Positions 1 through 12,100 of a DNA stretch of 64,000 nt are shown here, piece after piece. The stretch lies in contig CM082578.2 in assembly GCA_040954595.2 (NCBI GenBank), positions 13,856,304 through 13,920,303 of the forward strand, written 5' to 3'. The DNA comes from Balanoglossus misakiensis. Its lineage: Eukaryota; Animalia; Hemichordata. The first letter of the stretch is position 1; the number at the start of each line of letters is the position of its first letter. A program made the position numbers and the translations under genes. The notes beneath the pieces are model-generated. The model was not told the DNA's origin and did not search any database. It saw only the letters and a list, made by a program, of their open reading frames with translations.

Positions 1-3000
1 GACCACAAACCAAAAGGTTTGAAACCGTGCCGTGACGAATGAATTTCCGCGCATTGTAAATTGCTCATGTGTAAGTTAGTAAAGGAAATCGTTGAGGAGA
101 TTAACACGAAAGTAAATTAAATATTTTCAGCGCGTCAGTAAATCCGTAATAACAGACGTTGCCTCTACAAACAATGGCTACTCAGAATTGGAATATGGTT
201 AGGGAAAACTTTCCTTTGAATGAAGGTTAAGCGCAGGGTCTATTTTCGCGAACGAGAATCGCGAGTGACGTTAAACTCAGTCTGTTATTCGAAACAAATA
301 AACGGACAGCCAATAAATGCGGTGTCTACGGTTCACGTACTGACGGACATCTTTGTGTATGAAAGATGCAACAGCGAAGGTAGAACAAAGCTCGCTAACA
401 TCATCGTCGTAAAATGACATTGAAGTACATTGTGTATATACAAGGATTCTTATGAGAATGCGCATGTTTTTTTATATGTCCGTATGCGTACGCGTGTGCT
501 TATGAGTAGATCGAACAGAGGTAGTTGGCAACGACACCTCAAAGCTGCAGCTATGACGTCGTCTAACACTGTTTCAAGTGTCAATGATGCGCGCGTGAAA
601 GGCTCTCCAAAGATTCTTGAAGGAAGCAGAGATAAAGCAAGAAGTGGAGAATCATGATCCGGCGTCACGATCCTGAGACGTTTGCCTTCTTGAGCAACTC
701 AAGAGTCTAATCCCCGGCCCTCGGTATAAAGCTTATTGAAGCCGCAGTAAATCAAGACATCCTTGACGATGGATCTCAAGATGATATCGGTCACCGTTTT
801 CTACTCTGCCATCTGCCCATTCGGTTACTACTTTTAGAGTTTCATTTGACCAGTTTTTTACACTGTTTATGCTTTGTGCGTCTACGGCGGTTTCTTGTAC
901 CTATCCCTGCAAGCATAGTGAAATGCCAAGTGTTCAGCTTATTAAAGCAGTCACTAAAACCTATGTATGTGCGTACAATCGATATTGTTATCGTTGAAAA
1001 TTGAATATAAAGTGCGATGAAAATACTTTTGTCAACAATAACAACGGATGATGGAAATCGATGCACAAAAGTCATGTACATGTTATGCTGGCAAGCAGAG
1101 ACATGGGTACCGTGGAGAGTAGAATGAAAAATTACAGTTTGTTATTTAAATATTGAAAACCAATGTCTCTTTAAGATGGCGCTCCATGTTTACACGCGCT
1201 TAAAACTGAGTGTGTAAACTTGACCGTGACGTGGTCTGTGGAGTGACCGTGGTTTACTTGACATTGGAACTTGAATACAATTTAATTAGAGAATGGATGT
1301 CGCAACAACAACTCGCCAGTGCGAGTGCATTTTCCGCGATGCTATCATTTCCTGGAACAGTACGTACACATTATGTGACGAATGTGTCAAACGTTTGGCA
1401 CGTGTCATCAATCATGTTCGTTGTATCACAGACAGTTGGTGGCTGTATCATAGATGCGCCATGCATGAAGCATATAGGGCATCACGGTGACCTTCTCCTC
1501 TCCGATGTCGCTACAAATTTTATAAAGCCAACATTTCGCCTTTACAACTTTTAAAATCGTGTATGAATAGCACGACAATGGACTATGATTTTTATTATCT
1601 GAAAAAAGTGGAAGCGTGTATAGGTCACGTCATTTTAACACGTGAAGAGGGAAAACTGGCCTATTACGCCTAGATGGTGCAGGCATGTCCAATGATGTTC
1701 ATATTGACTCGATTGTTGATATTTCAATATTTTCCCAAAGGTTTATTTTTGTGTTTAAAATGATTGGGCCCACTAGTACTACTACACTTTTCTTTGTTAC
1801 GGACAATGTTCAGTTTTCAGAAAAAAATAATTAAGACTGTTTGAAAATAAGGGGAATATCCTTCACGTTTATGTTTCTTGTTCCTGACAGGTGCCATAGG
1901 ACTAGAAATGTATCGACACTTTAAAAGACTATCTTGAGACCGTTCGCATGACCAAACTGTTTGCTCGCCATATTCTTATAGAAAAAGGGGAGCAGTTATT
2001 GGTCTCGAAAACACGTGATTTAAAAGCGATAACATCGCAAAAAAGGCCTATTAAATGAATCTGTGTTATTGCTAAATGGAAGTGTAATGTCATGTACGCG
2101 TTAATGTACCGAACTACGTGGCGTTAGGTTCTCTCATACGGAGCAATTTGATGTTAAATTAGAGGCCGGGTTTTAGCGACTGTCTGAAGAGGCTGGAGGT
2201 TTCTATATATATATCATGGACATGCATCAAACGGACAGTTGTATGTGGCAACTGGAATTGAAAGTGATAGTCTCTCTACAGCATGGTCATTAATCTACAA
2301 CAGAGTGGTATATGCCAGTAGAATGTTTTATTTCCGTCTTGGAAAAAACAAACCAACGACTGAAATGTAAAGGTAGCGGACATTTTATTTCACATCAGAT
2401 AAAGCGTTGACATCAATCACTTTGTTTGAAGTTCACAGAAGGCGTTGGCGTTAACACACAGCCGCAGGTGAACGCAGGTGGTGAGTTTTCGACGAAACAA
2501 GCAAGTCGTATATAACACATTTATTTCGTAATAGCGATCATTGACAGACACATTTCCGCCGAGTTGGTTTATTTTACCGAAATTATCTGATTAAGGCGTG
2601 AGAATGTTACCAATGCAATGCCAAATATATGCAATTCCAGTGGTCCAACCGACTCTATTTCAGATCCCAATATAACATGACATTATTTTTCGAACTCGTA
2701 CTCTTCTAATAGTGGTCGATTGTATGACGTTTTTGCCATTTGTCTTAACAGCGTTCACAAACACTTTGTTGCATAGCGCTCGACATCACCATGTGATAAG
2801 CTTTATGGCTTTCGTCATGGGAGTCGGTGCCAATAACAGGAAAGCTTCCGATTTATATGAAAATGTCGCAAAAAGCCTGCGGATCAGACGTTCTGTCTCC
2901 CGTTATCACCTGTAATCTCTCCGACCTAAGTTTACCTGTGCTCTGTGTGTCTTTAAAACGCTGTAACAACATATCGCTGTCCGCATGTAATGATCGGATG

Positions 3001-3537
3001 TTGTCTTCTTGTGATTTTATTTACCGGTAGATAATATCACTGAGTATTTGTTCTGTACAAGCGGTTTGCGTAATTACATGTACCGTTCAGGATCTTAGAG
3101 TAGCAATTACGGCTGCTCAGATAACGGGATCCTTTCCCATTCTAACCGAAAAGGGGAAAACAGATGACTTTGCCGATAACAACTGATGCAGTCAGACTAT
3201 TCGAAAAGGGAGAAGAACTTGTTAGGGCTATCTCATGTTGATCTTTTTTATCAGCTTTTGTTTTTTATACCAGCTCGGCAACGATTACAATTATGTTTCA
3301 GAGACGCCCTTTCAACATATTACATTATTCTCGATCGATTCTGACATTGTAGATCGTACTATACGACGCGACAAGCGACAACGACAGTGACGGATCTCAT
3401 GAGAACCGACATATAAAACGGTGGCACTTTCGCTTTGTCCATAGTCAATTAACAACTAGCACCTGAAAAATACAAATTACAGCCGCGCCATGCTCTCTGG
3501 GGGCATTTTAAATGTAAAATAAGGAGTTAGACTTTCC

Positions 3538-3812
3538 GTGACCTCTAGTGGTGAGGGGTATAAGACTCACAATCAGAGGATTGTGGGTTTGAGACCCGGA
3601 CAAGGGGCGGATTTTCTACCGGGGGGGGGGGGGGGTGACTTCATGGCCGTGATGTTGTCCCCTTGAGCAAGGCACTTTACATGTACTTCGCTTTTGATGG
3701 TACATGTATGTGCATAAGCTTATTTGTGTGCGTTGATTTAGGAAAGGAACCTGTAAATGGGACTAGATCCTGTGGGTATTCCTAAGAGTGAAATAAATAC
3801 ATAAATGAATAA
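3538..3812 (+). mobile_element. Decayed tRNA-derived SINE with CORE-like domain
   Basis: A-box-like GTGACCTCTAGTGG (3538), tRNA-like arm GACTCACAATC and B-box-like GGGTTTGAGACCC. These are followed by GTCCCCTTGAGCAAGGCACTTTAC and CTGTAAATGGG, which resemble the MIR/CORE motifs GTGACCTTGGGCAAGTCACTTAAC and CTGTAAAATGGG, and an (AAAT)-type tail near 3791-3812. Boundaries approximate. Confidence 0.65.
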
Positions 3813-5325
3813 CTTAATTCTGTTTTATTGCAATTTGCAATTAGGTCTGTACTTATCTCGAGCCTAGTGGAAACAGTGATAAACAGAAAATGCTGACACT
3901 GACGCCCCGACGAGCATAGAAAGCATATGCACTGTACTGCAAATAAATTACATCCTTGAACAGCGGAGATTTTGTCATCAACGCTAGTTGGTTAACGATA
4001 TTTGTTTTGTAATTTTTGCTTCTATCGCGTTAAACTTTGATGTCGCTTCAACGTCAGTGTTGATATTTTGTGAACACGGCGTGTCTCCTCTCGAATGATT
4101 GTATGCACTAGGCTTTGTCACAAAGGCGCTTTCAACTTCGAAGCGAATTCCCCGCGGCAGTACAACTTAGGAATTCATTTGGTAAAATGTTTTGCAATTT
4201 CAAACCGTTAGAAACTTAGTAGGCGCTTCAAGTGAGTGTTTTGCAGTGATAGAATAATAGTTGATAGTTGTGTCGAAATGAATTAAGTTGAACAAAACAT
4301 CTTGGCAATGTACGCGATTTAGACTGCGATATGCTGTGTTTAGGTTTTGCTATCTGAGATATTTTCTACAATATGGATTGATATGTAAAGTTCTCCATTT
4401 TGAAAATCAGTGAAATAGCCAGTAGACCGCCGTAGTTTTAAGTTGAATCCATAACCTGCGGGACAAAATATAGTAAAGAGGGCTACCAGAATGGCTGTTC
4501 CGCGTCGCCATCTTTATAACAAAATTTGCTACTAGACGTAAGCTTCCAGCGCAACTGTACAGAAACCGACCAGCGCATTAAAAATGCACTTTGAAAAACA
4601 AAACTCTTCCGAAACTTTATTCATTATAACGAGTATTCCTATTTCAATATACCAGCATATATGTTACAGTTCAAGATTATCAGGTACCAGGAAATTTGAG
4701 AACTCGGCTCAAGAAATATCCTTACTGACGTCATCAGAACCGTTTTCTTATCATTATTATCGACGGAAATCACCATAACAGCCACTCCCGTTAATATCAT
4801 ATTCGTGCTGCTTCTATAACTTATACGATTGAAATTAGTAGCCGCAGGACATTGTCAATTGATAAGAAACTGAACTGCAGTTCCAGAGATTCTGGAACAA
4901 CGTGATGTAACGAGAATACCTTAAGGGCATGCGAGTCTCTAAGTTTGTTACTAACAATTTTCATGATTTTTCTCTGACAGAAAGATTGCATATATCCGAA
5001 GTTGAGATTAAGAGAGACAAACAATTATGTCGTCAGACTAATTTGGCAGCCAGATGTATTGAAATACAATCACATCAACTTATTCGAATGACAGAGATAG
5101 AACGACGCTCTCATGTACACACGTAGGGCCAATGGAAGATAAAAGTTATACAATCACTGCAGAGTTTGTCAAATTACCCGATCACTTTCTGGCACAAAGC
5201 ACCGCCGATGGTAGTTATTGCAAACAAACAAATGAAATCGACGTTTCACAATCCCACCATTCTGATTTAACATGAATTGACACAAAACCTGCTTGTAGTT
5301 GAACTGAGATCAGATAGACACTCAC

Positions 5326-5417
5326 CTTCAAAAGATACTCGTAAAATGAATCGGCACCAGCACCTAGGCCACTTTGTTGTCCTACCCAGTTCCCAGTTTG
5401 AATATTGACCACATTTC
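5326..5417 (-). CDS. EDEM1: EDEM1 (ER degradation-enhancing alpha-mannosidase-like 1, GH47) internal coding exon
   Basis: Encodes (G)[30 protein letters not shown], near-identical to vertebrate EDEM1 [31 protein letters not shown], including the GH47 DSFYEYLLK motif. Acceptor ttttcactcAG, donor AAG/GTGAGT; phase matches the preceding exon. 92 bp. Confidence 0.95.
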
Positions 5418-7439
5418 CTGAGTGAAAAGCACATGACAGAACGTTAGTAACATTCATCTCGCGACTGCTTTTCCTTGACGTTTAAGTACATGTATCACTA
5501 TTAATGGACAAGTCATCAAAACTACCACCATATGGTTGGCGCCGATACTGATACGCTGGTGCAACAGTATCGCACAAATACATGTTGATATGTATTGGAC
5601 ACTGTACAAAGTAACATGAAAAACCGTTTCCTAAAACATATTGCATACGCGTCAACCACGTTTTTAATTGATCGCAGCTAAATTTTACACATGTCACTAC
5701 AACCAAAGTACATGTTTGAAAAGATTTGCATTTGGTTTTGCTGTAAATAAAATGTCTCTAATTTTTACTGGATATATATTACGCATGATTTCAGATTCAG
5801 ATTCAGTCCGAAAAGGTCGGGTTAATCAAACAAGCACCTGCCTCAGCTTTCGAAGTTATTCCTCCCAGGGCATGTGTGTGCTCTACTAATCAGTGAACGC
5901 GAGTAATACGTCCACGCGGAAATGAACTCTTAACCAGTTAGTGGCCATCATCAACGCTAGTCAACGTAGAATACATTCTGAATTAAGATTACCAACATTG
6001 GGGAATGTTACTATTCGAATTCTCGAGAGTCTGAGAGATGGGACATGGTCTTGTATGCGCCTTTAGATAATTATCTGGAAAATGACGTTTCGAATGCAAG
6101 GTATAAGTTCCAAAATAAACATTATTTTGTGATCGAAATTTTAAATTTCAAATTCTTGTGTTATTTTTAGGCCGTGATCCAGAAAAAAATCGTAATTACA
6201 GACCATTAACTCTATTGACAATCGCTCATATGCCAAAATACGATATTAGCAAGTTATCCATAATGAAATATACATTATAGTTTAAAATATCCACTTATTG
6301 AGTAACATAAAGGACTTAATAAGCAATCATGCAACTTAATATCACAATTTTTCATACAGTACTTCGTATGGGATAATAAGATAACCTTATTGAATATCAG
6401 CACAGATCTCCAAATCAAGATTAAAAAAACGTAGTTAATACAATATTAGTAGAAAATGATCTCAATTATTCCAACTTTCCATACTTCATACGAATATATT
6501 TCCTGCGCTAATTCTTGTAATTGTGTAATGAGATTGTGGAATGACCCCTGACCTCTTCTCGCAATTGAGAGCGACGTTGCATCGATACAGAATATGTACG
6601 TTTCAGTGCTGATGACAAGCTGCCCCGTACGTAGTTATGGCAACACCAAGAGCAGATCGGAGTCGAAAGGCACAGATGTAGTTTCACCGGCCACATTCTG
6701 GACGCAAAACCGCGGACAAGAAAGAGGCGTACTATAGTATGGATCGAGTTCGGATTAGTTTTAGCCAGGAAGTCCGTATTTTTTTCTAAATAGTCTTATT
6801 TATTGCCAACCCACTCACGCTAATGTAAACATATGGCCTTTCCCATCACAACCCCATTATTAAAGTAATTTTACAGTTAATCTCTGCAAATGTGACAGAC
6901 GTGAATCACCTACAGAGAACAGGACAAGCGATCAGACTGTCGTCACATGGGAACCTAAGTACTGTATAGACACTTAAAACAACATTCCAGAGGCATAGCT
7001 TGGAAATTGCCTGAAATGACCTAAGTGTCTTAAAGAGATCCAACGTAATGTTAATAAACAGTGTTGTAAATTTACCGATCTGCCATAAAAGGTTGTTTTC
7101 CCCATGTAAAGGCATAATTGAGATATATTGTGAAAGAAACCATGATGATGTTATGACGATTGTATTTATCGGCCTTTGTGTTGGTTGTGTTGGATTCATC
7201 AATCTTGTGATTTATTTCACAATGATTTGAACGATGTACCATTTCATTTTAGAAATGATCAATTTCAAGTCCCAACAGAGTCGATTAGAAGGAATGTCAT
7301 GAAACAGTCAAGTTACTTTAACTCATCTAGGAAAATTGACATCTTGAATTCGGTTGACGACTTTATATCTCGGTTCATCCATACTCTCACCCAGTAACAC
7401 TGCTAACAAATACTGACCATCATATGGACAACCATCCAC

Positions 7440-7502
7440 AGATCGATTGATCAATCAATCCTCGAATCCACCCATCCATCAATCAATTAATCAATCAATC
7501 AT
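7440..7502 (+). repeat. Degenerate (ATCA)n/(ATCC)n microsatellite
   Basis: Runs such as tcaatcaatc, cccatccatc and aatcaatcaatc directly beside the EDEM1 donor site. Confidence 0.7.
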
Positions 7503-7504
7503 AC

Positions 7505-7688
7505 CTAGCAGACCGGTCTTATTTGACCGTAGACTCCAAAGTGTACGCACGGCTCTGCGAGCATAACTTTCAAAGATCGGATCTTCGGTAAGCCTACTGA
7601 GCGTCCCAAATTCCAAAAGCAAAGAACCTCCTCCAGCGGTGCATGTTTCGTTTATGGTGTCTTCTGGAAGACCAAATCTAAGATTGAC
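7505..7688 (-). CDS. EDEM1: EDEM1 internal coding exon (not in the ORF track)
   Basis: Manual translation gives [61 protein letters not shown](G), matching EDEM1 [62 protein letters not shown]. Acceptor ttatctttcAG, donor TAG/GTATG. 184 bp. Confidence 0.95.
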
Positions 7689-7782
7689 CTGAAAGATAAC
7701 AATGAGTTCATAATGTCAGACTTGTTATGGTAAGATACTAAAGTCAGAACGAAAATACGTGATCACGAATTACACACTAACT

Positions 7783-7853
7783 ATCATCATCATCATCATC
7801 ATCATCGTCGTCGTCGTCGTCATCATCAACAACAACAACAACAACAACAACAA
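7783..7853 (+). repeat. Compound trinucleotide microsatellite (ATC)n(GTC)n(AAC)n
   Basis: Directly visible in the short EDEM1 intron; it explains the poly-Cys end of the 7826..8122 ORF. Confidence 0.95.
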
Positions 7854-7870
7854 ATAAGTGATGTACATAC

Positions 7871-8042
7871 CCGTGGGTGAGGTATACCCGTCTCTGTATC
7901 GTCGAAACCGGACAGTAGTCGTGTTCCTAGGTCATGCGCTAGATCAAGGAGACCATTCTCATAATCCAAGACTTCCACATCCCCGAAAGGCTTGGCTTGG
8001 TCCATTATAATTAGATGAGCCGACAGTAGCCCTCCCATAACC
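7871..8042 (-). CDS. EDEM1: EDEM1 internal coding exon
   Basis: Encodes (R)[57 protein letters not shown], matching EDEM1 [58 protein letters not shown]; the PFGD segment is EDEM1-type. Acceptor ctaaacAG, donor CGG/GTATGT. 172 bp. Confidence 0.95.
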
Positions 8043-8145
8043 CTGTTTAGAATGAGCACACAAGAAGTTTCCTCTTTAGTATACACAGAGAGCAACTCGA
8101 TAATCATGACTATGTCAAACATTCAAGTCACTTCATTCCTGCAAT

Positions 8146-8215
8146 AGATACATAAGTAGATACATACATAGATACATACATAGATACATACATAGATACA
8201 TACATACATACATAC
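8146..8215 (+). repeat. (TACA/TAGA)n microsatellite, interrupted by the LTR and resuming at 8936-8960
   Basis: tagatacatacatagatacataca... on both sides of the insertion. Confidence 0.9.
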
Positions 8216-8935
8216 TGTTACGACCCGCAGGCCGTCCGAGCCAAAAATATGCGGATAATAGAGAGGCCAATTTACCTGGCCGGTTGGCTTGTTTTACACC
8301 CGGCCCGGAGAACAGGACGCGACAAAAGAACTGGTCAAAGACAGCACACGTACAACAAACCAGTTTATTTACAGTGTTAATGTAATTGCAGATACGAGTA
8401 ATATTTACAATAAACTACAAACTAAACTCGAGCGTGACCAGGTGACCAAACAAAATTCCTACCAAGTACAAAGTCTCACAAACAGTTCGGTGACTCGACG
8501 CCCGACGATACTGGCCTTTCACTCGACGCACAACAATTCTGGCCTTTCTGTCCGTTTAACGCCAGTGTACAAAAGGCAGCCACGTAATACCTCAAAAGCA
8601 GTTCCACAGTGACACGGAGACGCGCTCCCTCAGGACGGCTCCCAAATTCCACGCGGCGTCCTCGAAAACATCCACCGCGGCTTCACATGTCCCTTCGGCA
8701 GTGTCAATCCTCAGCTACCACACTAGACACTGGCACTCCGTACGGTGGGCTCCAAAAACTCCTCGACAATGCGCAGACCAGAATCAAAATGAGCCTCGCG
8801 ACAACGTGGCACTGGGTGGCTTTTATACGACCAAAAACTAACACCTGGTCACGCTAATATGCTAATATGTTAAATAAAGAAATCAACATAGGTGCACCTG
8901 GCCACGAAACAAAACAAATAATAAACTTCATCACA
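8216..8935 (-). mobile_element. Solo LTR (720 bp), probably Ty3/Gypsy-type
   Basis: Ends are TGTTACG...CATCACA (TG...CA, imperfect inverted termini), flanked by ATAC at 8212-8215 and 8936-8939 (4-bp TSD). The minus strand carries TATAAAA (8827-8821) followed by AATAAA (8369-8364). GC/CpG-richer than its flanks; no gag/pol. Confidence 0.85.
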
Positions 8936-8992
8936 ATACATACATTACATACATACATACACGTACACACACTGACACTGACACAGAGAGAC

Positions 8993-9122
8993 AGATCGAA
9001 CTAAATTATGCACCATAGTACTAGTACATTGTCTTTGATCTTAGTTTGAATGAAATCGGTCAAGGGATATCCGAGTAATGGATACGGACGGACGGACAAG
9101 GAGTCCAATTAATTTCCCCTTT
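8993..9122 (+). repeat. Remnant of a non-autonomous Helentron/HINE-like dispersed repeat
   Basis: AGTTTGAATGAAATCGGTCAAGGGATATCCGAGTAATGG followed by (CGGA)n, a layout typical of microsatellite-carrying Helentron-associated elements in marine invertebrates. Pattern recognition only. Confidence 0.4.
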
Positions 9123-12100
9123 CTGCATATGTTACATGATATAGCAGAGAATTGCTGCTCGGGGAAGTTGCATGAAATTTCTTGATTATGAAGCTAGAAA
9201 AAAACCCTCCACTTTTTCATAAAGTCAAACAGAAAAGCAAATCAATTAAATTTGATAACTGCTTTGATTGACGACGTCAGTGGCTACGTGGAAATCATTC
9301 TTTGTTTTGAAGTGCAATAACTGGTCTAATTTAGCATTTCTCAGATTACATGCAATCTAATTTCAGTTATTGGAAAATGTCACAGATCTTATGAAATATC
9401 TTTTTATGCACAGCTTTGCACTTTCAATCACTGGCTATACCTCATTGAATCAGTTTGTTTTTGGAAATTACATAAATCACTGTAATGTACTGCATATTAT
9501 TGAAACATCTCATGAATTATCTCGTGATCAATATTTCATCGTCAACAGCTTGCTTGGTGAAACAAAATCCGGTTTGAGTGAATTTAAGAAACCATGCTAT
9601 TCCCTAAAATCTCTGCTCTATGATCACGCGTTCTTGGAGTATCATGGTGTTTTGTTGGGTTGACTTTGATGAATCCACAAGAATACATGCAGTAACACCA
9701 GTATAACACTTTTACCCGTCAAACGGCAACATTTTCTATACAACTTGGTTACTCAGTTACTGCATTTCTTTTCTTCATATTTTGATCTAAGATTATTCTC
9801 TCTTACGATTGAGAATGAAAATTGGGGATCACCGTGCAAAATTGTGAATAAGAGAGCAACGTTGTGTTAAATCGTCCCAAATTCCTTTTAGACTTTCTTG
9901 GTTTCTACTCATGTTTCCCCACGCTTTTACCGAAAGATTCCCGCGGGAAATGAGGTCCACGTGGACGATCATTCCAATATTGATGCAGTATTGTCAACGA
10001 GTGCATGCGACGTCGCCAAATGCTACGGATGGCAACTCGCGGCTTCTCGATACGCCCTTTGTCGCTATCAACTAAGATAGGCTGGCGCCGTACGCGTTTG
10101 GGATCAGAGTCACAAGTGACGCGTTTCATCGAACATCAACCGTGACGCAACTTAAATGTATTGGCAGGAAGACAGTTTCTGGTATATACGCTGATCCATC
10201 ATCCCCTACAGCGAGTTTTGCACTGTAGACTTCTTCAATAGACCATAGAGGACGCCAGGATTGGAGAACTACACGCGAACATAACATGTTTTTATGTCAC
10301 TAAGCTGGTCTACAGCCTGCCGATAAAACTTATAAGAAAGGCTAGTGCACTAGTTTTGTTTCTTTGATACGGTACGCTTTATTCAAGTGAGCGCACCTGT
10401 GTTTGTCGCAGGCACCTAATTCTAAGGATAATGCATTGTATTATATTAGGTTCATGTAGCGATGTATGTCTATATGAAGGACACATTTGCACAGCTATAT
10501 ATGCAACCACAACCATTATAGTCTGAGTCAGTCAAGACTTCCTTTAATTGTGACCTGATAAGAGAAAACTTATCTGCAGACAGACAATTTGGACGGACAG
10601 GCAGACAGACAGATTAAATAGTAACTGGAAATATATGCAATGTGGCCTTTGCTGACAGACCCTTTGGCGTTCATAGGGGATTAGGTTACGCTACATTCTA
10701 AATTATTATACAATTTTGGGAAAACACGGTTGCTGTTGAGTTATATGAGAATATTATCAACATCAATTACTTATTGCACGTGGTGGACTAAAGAACGCCA
10801 CAGTAAAATAGCAACATTTAGTTTTTGGCAGAAGTTCCCTGTTAATGAGTTGGTGATTTAATGGCATCGTTAAAGTGTGTAAGCTGTCTGTGATCTCGTG
10901 CGATCCGATTGTTAACGTTGAAGACTCTCATGCTCACGGAGAGCATTAGAAGAATGTTTCAAGCGGTTTCTTCCTTTCCATTAGATTGCGCAGACCTTAG
11001 AGACTACTTAAGTCAGTGAAACTGGCATACTTTAAATTCAGGTCTGACAATGGTGAAGCACGACTGCCGAAGCTTTAAACGATTCCAAGTACTTAGGCAC
11101 CGTCTTAATCTGATCTAATTCACATTTTCAGATCGAACGACGGAACCACTAACAGCGTAGGAGCGACGAAAGACATCTGCCCGTCACATATCTGGTGATA
11201 GCGTTTTCTCGAAACCGATCTCCAAATCGAATGAATGCACCCGTCCAGGATCTTTTATTGTAATATTGGATGACCAAACGGTAAGTAATATTTGTTCAGT
11301 AGTTCCCGTGGATCAATCACGTCAAGCGCATGCAGGACTACTTGCCTTTATTTGATAGGTCAAATGGTATAGGGCAACAGTTTCATGACTAACGGACTGC
11401 CAGCATGTTATCTGCATACGCTAGCGTCGGAGATATTGTAAACATTTACGCGGGGTTACTCAGGTTACTTTCCATTCCAGAAGTCCCGCAACGAGTTACT
11501 TGACTGTAAGTACAACTGCTGCAGTGCCCACCTGCCTCGTAAATCCATAATTTAAATACAAAGGGAAGGATATAAATCTATGGCAACCTCTCGGAGTTTG
11601 TAAAGCCCCTGCGGCCGTTCCGATCACAACAATTACTTTGTAATGACCCTTTTCTGTAACTTCTCCGTTGCCCCTCAAGGAAAGTCAATTCATTAAAATC
11701 ACCCTCGTCACCGTCTTCCGTTCCATCGCACTAGCAATTTTATTATGACAACTAAAGACCTTTGTCGCCCGTAGTCGATAGACTTGTTTACAGGTGGGCA
11801 TTAAGTCGCGCAAGTTGTGAATTCAGTGAGCGCATCTTTGTGTGTCTTTTATTTTACAGGGTATCGTCCGATTTTACTGTGAATGCCATACAAATTGTAA
11901 TCACTATTAGCGCGGTCAGTGTTAACACATCTTAGTCGATGCAACATCTGGCAATTCCGCTGCGATCGTAAAATTCTGATTCGTACTCTTATTACATAAC
12001 CCCATACTGATTAATGCAGCAGAATGCAGCAGAGGTGATGAGTTTATCATATTAACACATTCTCGTTGAGGACAATAACGCAAAAAACCCACACAACTAA

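Noticed and set aside
450-668. Minus-strand ORF containing SRIFGE as the next EDEM1 exon (expected SYILFGE)
   Set aside because: Similarity ends after FGE and the following residues do not fit EDEM1; the real exon is probably left of the window.
7048-7230. Hydrophobic ORF with an INSVVN string
   Set aside because: Short, AT-rich intronic sequence; motif order does not fit a GPCR.
8289-8857. Two plus-strand ORFs (107 and 82 aa)
   Set aside because: They lie antisense within the solo LTR and have no gag, pol or other domain features.
9950-10075. 41-aa ORF MRSTWTIIPILMQYCQRVHA... resembling a secreted peptide
   Set aside because: The hydrophobic core is too short and polar for a signal peptide, and there are no dibasic or amidation sites.
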